A stretch of DNA of 63,437 nt, filler included, from Licmophora abbreviata (taxonomy: Eukaryota), in assembly GCA_900291995.1 (NCBI GenBank). It is 12 parts of 12 records of this genome, joined end to end, with 100 filler letters (N's around TTAATTAATTAA, not from the genome) between each part and the next. Parts side by side here need not be neighbours in the genome. Positions count along the whole stretch, not along the records: positions 24,921 to 38,321 come from OLMU01003645.1; positions 38,422 to 39,773 come from OLMU01003646.1; positions 39,874 to 42,487 come from OLMU01003648.1; positions 42,588 to 44,207 come from OLMU01003650.1; positions 44,308 to 61,183 come from OLMU01003651.1; 7 more parts are not named here. One strand, written 5' to 3'. Shown piece after piece: positions 35,962 through 46,128 of the stretch (positions are counted from its first letter, which is position 1; every line of letters begins with the position of its first letter). A model generated the notes under the pieces. It was not told the origin of the DNA. It was given only the letters and a program-made list of their open reading frames with translations, and ran no database searches. Made by a program: the position numbers and the translations under genes.

Positions 35962-38211
35962 ATGTCCAAGAGATCTGCAAGCGGCTTGGGTGGAATCCTG
36001 AATAAAAAGCAAAAACAGGACGAGAAAGCAGCCTCTCATCACTCAGTCCACGCCGCTCGCAAAAACCCCTACCTGTCGCACCCCGTTGCTCCCGAGCAAG
36101 CCTTGCAGATTTTCCTAACGCAGGCGCGGGGTGCCTCCCGCAAGTTTGTTCCCAAGGACACGAAATTTCCCATACTCAAGCCCTTTGCCGAAATCGAAGC
36201 CCGTCTTGGTATTCTCACGACGCCATCGCACAATCCACAGCAGCGGGTCGCCTCGTCGGGTCCGAAACATGTGGAGAACCGAGGAGTCGCGCATGCGTTC
36301 GAGTGCAGCTCTGTTAAAACCAATATGCAGAGTGGTGTGACGAGATCTCATTTTGTACACTGGACGCAAGCGGGGCTGAGCGAAGTGAGTCCTATTTCAC
36401 AAGCGTTGGGGTGTTCCAAGGAACAGAGTCTCAAGCGGGATCTTGCCGAAGAAGTCCTGGTGGAGACAGTCTATGCAGGATACCAACAAGACTTTCGAGT
36501 CGTTTTTCCGGGATTGCATCCATTGCCGAGGAAGGAGTCTGAGGGTAGGATGGAGTACAAGGAGCGACTTGCGCAGATGGACTTGCTGCTTCCAGCGGCC
36601 AACTACGATTTGAGAATGTCGACGGCGGCCGAGAAGCAGGTCAATGATCGTGTGAAGAACGATCCGCCGCCAGGGTGGGCCATGAAGCGGGTGAAGCGAC
36701 GACGGTCCTATAGACGAAAAGACAAGACCATTGCCTGGCAGCTCGACGTGACTGAAGTAACCACGTCCTATGCAGATACGACGAGACCGAGTGATGTGTC
36801 ATACGAGATTGAAATGGAGCTGAATCAGTCCACGACCCTACAGTTGGTAAACGAGACAAACGAGGAAAAGTTGAAGAAAATGACTAAACAGCTGGCACAG
36901 CAGTTATGGTGGATGCTTCGCCAAATCAGTCCACTGTCGGATGTGCTAGATGTTGAGGAGTTTCTGCAGGATCATCCGGACTCTCACGCCGTTCGACTGG
37001 CACAGGCCCAGTGTGGTGCCCTCAGACGGTATATGGATGGTGCACGCGGTAGCTCATATGTTTCTCCGATCGCGTCATATTCGGACACCCCGTCAGCTTC
37101 TTTGTCCAATGTCAAGTTTGTCGGTTGCATGCCGGTGAACTTTTCACGGCACAACATTGAAGAGATTCAGCGCAGCCCCGAGAATGGATACTTCTTGAGT
37201 GAAAAGACAGACGGAGTGAGATACTTTCTTGTCTTTACAGGAAACACAGCTGTGCTGCTGGATCGTAAGATGGATGGAAAGCAGCCGAAGCCGCGCCCTG
37301 GGAATGACCCCAACGAGGATCCGTTGACTCCCATTCTGTCGCTCGTCAGACCTGGGACTGTATTGGACGGCGAAGTCGTGATGCATCGCAAGCTTCGCCG
37401 ACCCATCTTTATCGTTTTTGATGTGCTGACATTGTCTAGTTCTGTACCAGTGTTGCAATTGCCTTTTGAGCAGCGACTGTATCACTTGAAGAGAGCCTCG
37501 TTTCGCATGGAGACGGCGAGCCGTGACATGTTTGCCGAGACAGCTGTTGCTGACCCCAACATTCCCTTGCCTTTGGTCCGAAAGAACTTTGTGAAGCGAT
37601 ATGGCCTAGATGATCTACTGTCACACGTTACGGAGGAACAGGGAATGCGAACGTACCGCAACGGACATGTGCATAATCACTTGACCGATGGTATCATCTT
37701 TCAGCCGAACCTCCCGTACGTGTGTGGCACGGATGTGAACTTACTCAAATGGAAGTATCTCGATACCGTCACTATTGACGTGGAGATTCTTCCGGCTCAC
37801 CTGGTCGATGACGATGTTCTGCGTGTTGGTGTCATGGGAGAAGAAGGCACGACAGTCGACATGACTCGTTTTGTCAAGCTTCCGGCCAGTGAGCGCCATC
37901 GACTCGAAGCTGATCGAGTTGAGAATATGTCCAAGATTGCTGAGGTCGGTTTTGATCCGACGACGGGGGAATGGTACTATCTGACCATGCGACCGGATAA
38001 GGAGGCACCGAATCACATTAGCACTGTGTTGGGGACCCTGCTGGAGCTTGCCGAAAGTTTGACAACCGAAGAGCTGCGGTTCCGGATGACCATCCCCTTC
38101 GGCATGCGCGATACGTACACTCGTGATGTGCGAGGCATGCAACGACAGGTGTTGGAACATCAGCGGAAGAAGAACAAGTCGGCGCTCGCTCAGGGTCAAG
38201 CCCCGCGTTGA
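35962..38211 (+). CDS. Bifunctional mRNA capping enzyme: CYTH/TTM RNA triphosphatase plus guanylyltransferase
   Basis: EIEARLG and YEIEMEL (TTM motifs A and C) and LDVTEV. Nucleotidyltransferase motifs SEKTDGVRY (KxDG), LDGEVV, FDVL, DGIIF, LLKWK and RPDK. Confidence 0.9.
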   Translation: MSKRSASGLGGILNKKQKQDEKAASHHSVHAARKNPYLSHPVAPEQALQIFLTQARGASRKFVPKDTKFPILKPFAEIEARLGILTTPSHNPQQRVASSGPKHVENRGVAHAFECSSVKTNMQSGVTRSHFVHWTQAGLSEVSPISQALGCSKEQSLKRDLAEEVLVETVYAGYQQDFRVVFPGLHPLPRKESEGRMEYKERLAQMDLLLPAANYDLRMSTAAEKQVNDRVKNDPPPGWAMKRVKRRRSYRRKDKTIAWQLDVTEVTTSYADTTRPSDVSYEIEMELNQSTTLQLVNETNEEKLKKMTKQLAQQLWWMLRQISPLSDVLDVEEFLQDHPDSHAVRLAQAQCGALRRYMDGARGSSYVSPIASYSDTPSASLSNVKFVGCMPVNFSRHNIEEIQRSPENGYFLSEKTDGVRYFLVFTGNTAVLLDRKMDGKQPKPRPGNDPNEDPLTPILSLVRPGTVLDGEVVMHRKLRRPIFIVFDVLTLSSSVPVLQLPFEQRLYHLKRASFRMETASRDMFAETAVADPNIPLPLVRKNFVKRYGLDDLLSHVTEEQGMRTYRNGHVHNHLTDGIIFQPNLPYVCGTDVNLLKWKYLDTVTIDVEILPAHLVDDDVLRVGVMGEEGTTVDMTRFVKLPASERHRLEADRVENMSKIAEVGFDPTTGEWYYLTMRPDKEAPNHISTVLGTLLELAESLTTEELRFRMTIPFGMRDTYTRDVRGMQRQVLEHQRKKNKSALAQGQAPR

Positions 38212-38421
38212 TACGGCAGTCTATCGTATAATTTTTCCATCCTGCGATGCACCTATAAGGTTCAAGATGCTCTCACAGCAGAGTTATGGGCATAGCTTCC
38301 TCTATACTGAGTTTATGAGTANNNNNNNNNNNNNNNNNNNNNNNNNNNNNNNNNNNNNNNNNNNNTTAATTAATTAANNNNNNNNNNNNNNNNNNNNNNN
38401 NNNNNNNNNNNNNNNNNNNNN

Positions 38422-40099
38422 GGCTGAAAAAGTACGGCGTTACTGTAACGGCGAGCTCTACGGACGGGGGCTACACACCCATGGGTCAGGCCCGCATCTT
38501 TGACAGCACCCTTTACGACACTGAGGATCCCGATCTTGCAAGTCCCAACGCCAAGTGCTCAACTCCTGGTCCAGGACAAGGAAGTGGAGGAGCTAGTGGG
38601 CGGCCCGGAGAGAACTGTAACCCCGAGGGAGAGGGCAACATTCTCATCATCCAGGAGACAAACAAGCCGGAGCCCGATGACAACGCATACGGAGGAGACA
38701 TCACATTCTCCTTCGCTTGCCCTGCCCAGAAATTGGTCTCTGTTGGACTGATGGACATGGATAGTTCCGCACCTGACTACTTTGTGATCGAACAGAAAGA
38801 TGAGGTCACGGTGCAGGATATCGATGGCAAGGGAGATAACTCCATTCAGGACGAGAGATTTGAGGATACTACTGATGTTGACAGTCTGAAGGTAGTTACT
38901 TCCAATTCGCTAGGCATTCGCTATATCACATTCTGTCCCGGGAATTGTGCACCTCCACCGACGCCTAGCCCGGTTGAAGGCTGGCCTACGCCTCTCCCAA
39001 GTATCTGCTCGGCACCCGAGGTCTACATCGACTTCTCTGTAGATCCAAGTACTGGAAACCCCCTCAAGCATGGTGATTATGTCAGAATGGAATGGGCGAC
39101 CAAGTACGGTGTGACAGTAACGGCGAGCTCGACTGATGGCGGCTACACGCCCAACGGCGAGGCCCGCATCTTTGACACCACCCTGTACGGCACCGAGGAT
39201 CCCGATCTTACTAGTCCTAACATGATGTGTCCGATTCCTGGACCTGGCGAAGGTGGCGGTGGTGAGAAGGGAGCTGAAGGCGAAAATTGTAATCCAGATG
39301 GTGAGGGCAACATTCTCATCATCCAGGAGACCAACAAGAGCCAACCAGATGATAATGCCTATGGAGGAGCATTGACGTTTACCTTTGATTGCGCCGTGGA
39401 AATACTGTTGGGTGTTGGTTTGATTGATATGGATAATCCGGATACGGACTACTTTGAGATTTCCGATGCGAGTGGTAGGACGTCGATCCAGCCCATTTAC
39501 GGTCTTGGCAACAATGCAGTCCAAGACGAAACATTTGCATCCGCGACCGATGTCGAGAGTTTGACCATTGTCGCTGCGAACTCATTGGGAGTACGCTACA
39601 TTCGATACTGCCCAGGCATTTGTGAGGATCACACGCCTGCTCCCACACTAGGTTCTACCGTCTCACCGACCAGAGCTCCTACGAAATCGCCTACCACAGT
39701 GTCCCCAACGACGGCTCCTACAAAATCTCCCATGACACTTCCAACCAAACCACCAACTAATCCTCCTACAATTNNNNNNNNNNNNNNNNNNNNNNNNNNN
39801 NNNNNNNNNNNNNNNNNTTAATTAATTAANNNNNNNNNNNNNNNNNNNNNNNNNNNNNNNNNNNNNNNNNNNNAACAGTAACGGCCCCATCTTCTATGGG
39901 TCCTACACGTTCACCTGTCATGCCTAGTCGGGCACCTAGTCGGCCCACAGTTTTGCTTGTCATGCCATCACGAGCACCCAGTCGGCCGACTCCTCCGCCT
40001 GTGCTGCCGACCCGGGCCCCTTCGCAACCGTCACGTGCTCCTACGGCATCGAACGCATGGTCCTGGCATGAGATCCAAGCTCGCGTCTTCGATCCCTGA
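38422..40099 (+). CDS. Pro/Thr-rich extracellular protein with two copies of a ~190-aa Gly/Asp-rich domain; 5' partial, spans the gap at 39774
   Basis: Repeated ARIFD..DPDL.SPN..C..PGPG...GENCNP.GEGNILIIQE...PDDNAYGG. PTxxP stalk continues as PSRAPS repeats at 39874-40099; the join across the gap is inferred. Confidence 0.75.
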
Positions 40100-41496
40100 T
40101 ATCAGACATCCGACTGAGTTACCAATCGAACTATCATTGAACTGCGTTACATTTTTGTGTAGACTATTGAGACGAATTCACAATATCAACTGCTAAGCAA
40201 ATTCGCATCTTACTATCGCAATTACGAGCAAATGAGACGAATTGACAAGATCATACTGTCGCAACTAAGAGCAAATGGCTTGAGTAATAGTGTTCGAATA
40301 TCATAGCAGTGCCTATATTACTAATAGCTTGTACGACGAGACAAACCTCATTGCTTTGCTGTGGAGTGACTCAGACCGCTGCCTTGAGCTGGAGGATAGA
40401 GCAAAATGCAGGCCTTTCTAGAATCCTTGGTCTTCCGGAATGCAAGCAAAAAAACTCGTAGCCTACCACGACTTCACACTTGGCCGGTTGGTTCCATTCA
40501 TTCATTGGTTCGTTTGTTGGTTCGGCCTTTGGTCGCGATGCATTGGTGTAGTAGTACTAGTAGTCTAGTCGGATTGGATCGAAAACCAATCTTCCTGCCT
40601 TTCCCCCCTCACATAGACAAGGGATATCATTGAGGTCAAGAGCTACGATGTCAAATACCATTCCCGCGCCATCATGAATCGAATCAATCGTCATGCGTAC
40701 CTGGTACGAGGTATGATACGAGAGGCTCTCTCCTACGAGCTCGTAATCATACTCTCTCTCAGTCGCGCGTGCGACTCAGTCACGATATGATACTCGTGAC
40801 TAAATACGGGTTGAGGATAAGGTACATGATTATTTCGCGATGAGCGACCGCCGATCGCAGCGATAGCGATAGACGACGCCGGCTTAGTTCCTCGGAGTCT
40901 GTGTGATGTCGCATGGAGCAGCGGTTTGTTGGGAGACGTTCGAAGATCTATACACCCGTAGACAGGAGCGCCTCAACTGGTACGATACACGCAATGTTTT
41001 CTTGCGTTTGCACTATGGAAGGAAAAATACGACTAACGCGATGGGATCCGAAGAAGAGTCTGTCCCGTATTTTGGTACACGTTGCGTGATTTGGTGGGCT
41101 GCGTGATCCTCGAATGCAGTCCCTAGTCACTCTCTCCCTTTTCGATTTCGAACCAAGCGTGAATCCCCGTGACATTGGGGATTGAAGGTGCAGTCGCGGG
41201 ATCTTGTATCTGCATACGTATGTGAGACATAGGAAGATGCTAAGCCTATGGCATCCACTTCAGGTGAAGTCCATAAGAGCGAGTTTTTATCACGAGAATC
41301 CCTGTCTATGTCAATACAGTCACGGTCGACAAATGTGCATTGGCAAAAAAAAACTTTCTCGCACACTTTCTTCAAGACCGAGTCTTTTCACTTGTTGTGC
41401 ACATTGCATTCAAGACTTCTGCTTTGTGTTGATTCTATCCTTCCTGCTTCGTAGAGACTGGCATCCTAGTGCTCAAGACACCAAGGCTTCGAGATT

Positions 41497-42487
41497 ATGT
41501 TGTCTCTAACGAACCCTCAGTTGGCCCTGTGCCTCTTCATGGGACTATCCGCCGCCAACTCTGCGATGGCTTATCCGTACGAAACCTCTGAACCCAGCTT
41601 CAGCATGGCACCGAGTGCCGCTCCCGTCATGGCCACGGCCCCTCCGCAGCCGAGTGTTTGCACCCTCCCTGAGGTCACCATCGACTTTTCCGTCGACCCA
41701 GACACTGGATTGCCCCTTGTCAACGGCGACTTCGTGCGTGATCAGTGGCTGAAAAAGTACGGAATCATGGTGACGGCCGCCTCCACCGATGGAGGCTACA
41801 CGCCCGGTGGCATGGCTCGTATTTTTGATACTTCCTTGTTCAACAGCGAGGATCCCGATCTCGCAAGTCCCAACATGATGTGCCCGAATCCTGGACCTGG
41901 TGTCGGTTCTGGTGGTATCAAGGGCGCCAAGGGCGAGAACTGTAACCCCGATGGCGAGGGCAACGTTCTCATCATCCAGGAGTCCGACAAGCCGGAACCT
42001 GACGACAATGCTTACGGAGGAACGATGTCCTTCAACTTCATTGGCTGTCCAGCCGAAGCCCTTCTGTCCATCGGCCTGATCGACATTGACAACCCAGACT
42101 CTGACTACTTCTACATTGAAAAGGCTGGCGGGTCCATCACGCAAGACATCCATGGACTGGGTAACAATGCTGTTCAAGACGAGACCTTCGATAGCATCAT
42201 GGGTGTCGAGAGTGTGACTATCGTGGCCGCCAATTCTCTAGGAGTCCGCTACATTACTTACTGCCCTGGCCTCTGCGGATCTCCCACCAAGTCGCCTACC
42301 GGGCCAACGCCTGGGACCTCTGCCCCAAGCGCCAGTCCGGCACCGAGTGCAAGTCCGACACCAAGCGCAAGTCCGGCACCAAGCGCAAGTCCAGCCCCCA
42401 GCGGTACTGGTGCCACGCCCACGAAACCTCCGACCAACCCGCCGGCGCCGACCAACCCGCCCACTGATCCGCCTGCTCCAACCAAGC
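41497..42487 (+). CDS. Secreted paralogue of the upstream gene (one domain copy plus PSASPA/PTNPP stalk), 3' partial
   Basis: Signal peptide MLSLTNPQLALCLFMGLSAANSAMA, the same DPDL/GENCNP/PDDNAYGG domain, and Pro/Ser/Thr repeats. Confidence 0.85.
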
Positions 42488-42783
42488 NNNNNNNNNNNNN
42501 NNNNNNNNNNNNNNNNNNNNNNNNNNNNNNNTTAATTAATTAANNNNNNNNNNNNNNNNNNNNNNNNNNNNNNNNNNNNNNNNNNNNCTCGCGAGCTTTT
42601 TCTGGTTGCCCGTCGGCGATCCGGTGCGGGGCGTGTGGTGGGGCAGGAGGCTCACGTGTGTGTTGCGTTGACGCGAAGATGCTCTGGATCGTGAAGTGAG
42701 ACACAAGAACCAAGATTACACATTGGGCATTAGACTGCTTTTCGCACTTCAGTATCGTTTTTTCAAAGAGCATTGAGTAGAAG

Positions 42784-43978
42784 ATGACGACGCCAAGTGA
42801 AGTTGTGGAGGCGATTGAGAAGCTGAGCGCCTCCGACCAAGGTAAAACTGTCCATCGCAGCACGAGTCAATGGATCTACATGATCTGCCCTTGTGCGTAT
42901 CCCTACGGCCTCGTATGTCGACTCATTCACACCCATCTTCCTCTTCATCATAGAAACTGTCAAGGCCTACATTTCCAACATCGAAGCTGAGATACTTGAA
43001 CTCAAGGGTGGCGAAGACACACCGGAAGAAACAGAAGGAAGCGAAGATGATCCTGCTGATGACGATTGCTTCCCGCCTCTGTACTCTTCCGGCGATGACA
43101 TGGAGACGGCTGGACAGTTCAAGATGGAGGCGAGCGATCTCAAGGCGGATGGCAAATGGGAGGAAGCTCTCGAAAAGTACACGCAGGCAGTCTTGGCGGC
43201 GCCTCCCTCTGCCCTGCTTTACGCCAATCGTGCTCTGGCATTGCTCAAGCTCGAGCGCTACGACGCCGCCCAGCGGGACTGCACCGAGGCGCTCAAGATC
43301 AACCCAGATTCGGCAAAGGCGCTCCGCATTCGCGGAAAGGCCTATGAACATATGGAAATGTGGGAGGAGGCTCGTTCTGATTTGTCAGCCGCTCAGACGA
43401 TTGACTTTGATGAAGGCACTGTCCAGGACTTGAAGCTTGTTGTGGAGAAGATGAACGACATTGAAACGGGGAAGGCCAAGAAGAAGGTCGAAGAGGAAGA
43501 GAAATTGCGGAAGCGTGCGGAGGAAATCAAGAAAGCCCAGGAGGAGGCCAAACGGGAAGCATCCAGCAGCGGCATGCCTGGAATGCCCCCTGGTGGAATG
43601 CCGGGAATGCCGCCGGGAGGCAGTATGCCTGGCATGCCACCGGGAGCCGCAGGTTTGATGTCTTCTCTGATGTCGGATCCTGAACTTGCTGCAGCAATGC
43701 AAAATCCAAAGGTCACCGCGGCTCTACAGGAGCTAATGAGTGGACCTGGTGGTCCCATGGCTGCCATGTCGAATCCAGCTAGAATGCAAGAAATCATGAG
43801 TGATCCAGAAGTCGGCCCCGTCCTGCAGAAACTCATGGCAAAGGTTGGCGGTAGTATGGGAGCAGGAGGTGGAATGGGCATGGGAGGAATGGGAGGTGCC
43901 GGAATGGGAGATGATGCCGAAGAGATTCCGGATATGGGAGATGACAACGATTTCGAAGATCTGCCTGATTTAGACTAG
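42784..43978 (+). CDS. ST13: Hsc70-interacting protein (Hip/ST13)-like co-chaperone; intron 42842-42953
   Basis: TPR region (ALLYANRA...INPDSAKALRIRGKA), AQTIDFDE, charged coil, GGMP repeats and STI1/DP domain (MSDPELAAAMQNPKV). Confidence 0.9.
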
Positions 43979-44100
43979 TCGTAGACGAGTGGAAGGGTAA
44001 TTCTAGCAACAGAGTCCTCGCGAGACCAAAACGTCTCTTATGAAAACGGTAGACATTTAGTTGGAAGTGACAATAGTGAGGAGAAGAGTCGACCTTTTTC

Positions 44101-44778
44101 TCACTCTTTCTGCTGATCGGTGGTGGCGCTCACTGAAGTCTCAGCATTCCACGACCCGCCGAAGGGAGCAGTCGTTGGATCGCTAGATCCGGATTCCAGG
44201 GCCTTCTNNNNNNNNNNNNNNNNNNNNNNNNNNNNNNNNNNNNNNNNNNNNTTAATTAATTAANNNNNNNNNNNNNNNNNNNNNNNNNNNNNNNNNNNNN
44301 NNNNNNNGAAGGGAGCAGTCGTTGGATCGCTAGATCCGGATTCCAGGGCCTTCTTCTTCCATGCTGGCATATCTTCCTTCTCCTTTTTGTGATCGTGATC
44401 GTGCCCGTGGTGCTTGTGTTCATGGTCGTGACTCCCGTGATCATGGTGCTCTGGTTCGTCGTCATGGTGGCCGTGTTTGTGGTCATGGCCCTCCTCCTCC
44501 TCGTGCTTGCTATGATCGTGCCTATGTTCGTGACCACCATGAGGTTCCTCCTTGGATTCCTCACCATGATCAGGGCCGTGACCGTGGTCGCTTGTGCACT
44601 TTTCGTGACCATGGTAATGCGCGTGAGGGTCAGGTTCGTCCAACAGCGCCTTCACCCGTCCTTCGTACTCTTTGATTTCGTCGCGAAGACAAGCTACATA
44701 TCCGCGAATTACCACCTGCTGTGCTGGGGTCAAGCCAGCTAGGGTCTCTTTCACATTGTCTGGGATTGGATTCACCAT
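44101..44778 (-). CDS. Histidine-rich protein, about 176 aa if the gap is closed
   Basis: ATG 44778 and about 29 His in the central tract. The C-terminus PAWKKKALESGSSDPTTAPF-GGSWNAETSVSATTDQQKE* is recovered through the 47-nt overlap across the gap. Confidence 0.85.
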
Positions 44779-45093
44779 GGTTTCGCGGCTGAAGCATCTG
44801 TCAGGGCGGCGTTGACTGTCGACAGTCGTCGGTCATCGTCACAGCCACACGTTCAACTTCCGCAAGAAAACAGGCCTTTCCTTTATCTGAACGGCCTTTT
44901 ACTGTTGACTTGAGTCGAGTGAGTCGAATAAATCCAACCACGCACGACCCAACCCTATTAACCCGGCCCTTATATATGCACAGGCATCTGGGTCCGGTAT
45001 CATCGTGATGATGACATTTCGTAGTAATGTTAGTTTATATCGCAGCTTTATCGTACCTGGTACCTATGTCCATAACAGTAGCAAGTGGCATGC

Positions 45094-45768
45094 TTAAGTC
45101 AAACTATTGTTGGGTATTGATACGACAAGATCTCGGTCAAAAATGGCAGTTTGGCCAACACGGACTCTTTCGTCGTCGTAGACGTTCCACAGCGTAACGT
45201 TTGTCAGCTGAAAGGTCTCTCCGAACTTAGATTGTCGAGTCGCCCACGGGATGGTTCTTACCTCCTGCTGTACCACTGTTTTCATCATTTCCTCCCGATC
45301 TTGCCGCAGGAGCCCATCTGGAGCCGAGTATCGACTGGGGAGCGAGTAGACTTCTGATTCGGGCCACTGAAATTGCGAAAGAGCGCCTTTATTGAAATAA
45401 TTGTAGACTGGATCTGTCTGGTTTCCATGAGATAAGACTGCATAGCGTTGACTTTCGTGCACATCTGCAATCGAATCTACCCCCTCCATCCAGTCCAGTA
45501 GGCTGGTCCCTGTAAAGTCCTCGAGCGAATCTGACGACCATCGAATCCACTGATCTATATCATGTACTCGACCTGGTGGGACAGCGTAGACCTGGGAAGC
45601 TTTTGTTTGAGTGGCTTGTGACCGTTGTGATCGGTGCAGAAAGGCGCACCTCACTTGACCGCTGACTGCCGCAGCCGCCTGCCGCGCATGAAGCATGAAG
45701 ACGACGAGTGCGATCACCCCGCTAATCCTTCGAAGGACAAAGGGTAATTTATCAAGTTTTTGCTTCAT
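45094..45768 (-). CDS. Stand-alone MEKHLA (PAS-like) domain protein with N-terminal targeting sequence
   Basis: AVLSHG.Q.DPVYNYFN..AL..F.W......LPSRYSA...R and a TLWNV.D motif. Confidence 0.85.
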   Translation of the reverse strand: MKQKLDKLPFVLRRISGVIALVVFMLHARQAAAAVSGQVRCAFLHRSQRSQATQTKASQVYAVPPGRVHDIDQWIRWSSDSLEDFTGTSLLDWMEGVDSIADVHESQRYAVLSHGNQTDPVYNYFNKGALSQFQWPESEVYSLPSRYSAPDGLLRQDREEMMKTVVQQEVRTIPWATRQSKFGETFQLTNVTLWNVYDDERVRVGQTAIFDRDLVVSIPNNSLT

Positions 45769-46128
45769 TCTTGTCTGTCAATGGCTTCCTGTTCCGTTGC
45801 TTCTGTTCCACTCTCTTGCTGTCGCTGAGTTCCACCAACAGCGAGAAGCCAAAGATTCAAGATGAGAGTTGAGAGTCGAGTCTTCGTATTCAGTTTCGCT
45901 CGCCTCTCGTCTGGCGTGGACTTCTCCCGGGACTCAACAAGTGACTCGGGACTCACGAGGAAAGGCTCGCCACACGAGCTCTTCAACGAGCTCTATCAAA
46001 GCTCGCCGCAAATTCTGTTCGCCACCACAGCATGATGTGTCGCTGGCGGGTGGTATAGTAAATCACTTGTTCTTGGACCACTTCTAGCTATTCTACAGAC
46101 ATTGTAGGAGCCATGTATCTATAGATTG

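Noticed and set aside
44389..44742. Hydrophobic Val/Met-rich ORF, and the similar stretch in ORF 48105-48686
   Set aside because: Reverse complement of His/Asp codon runs (CAY/GAY), not a membrane protein.
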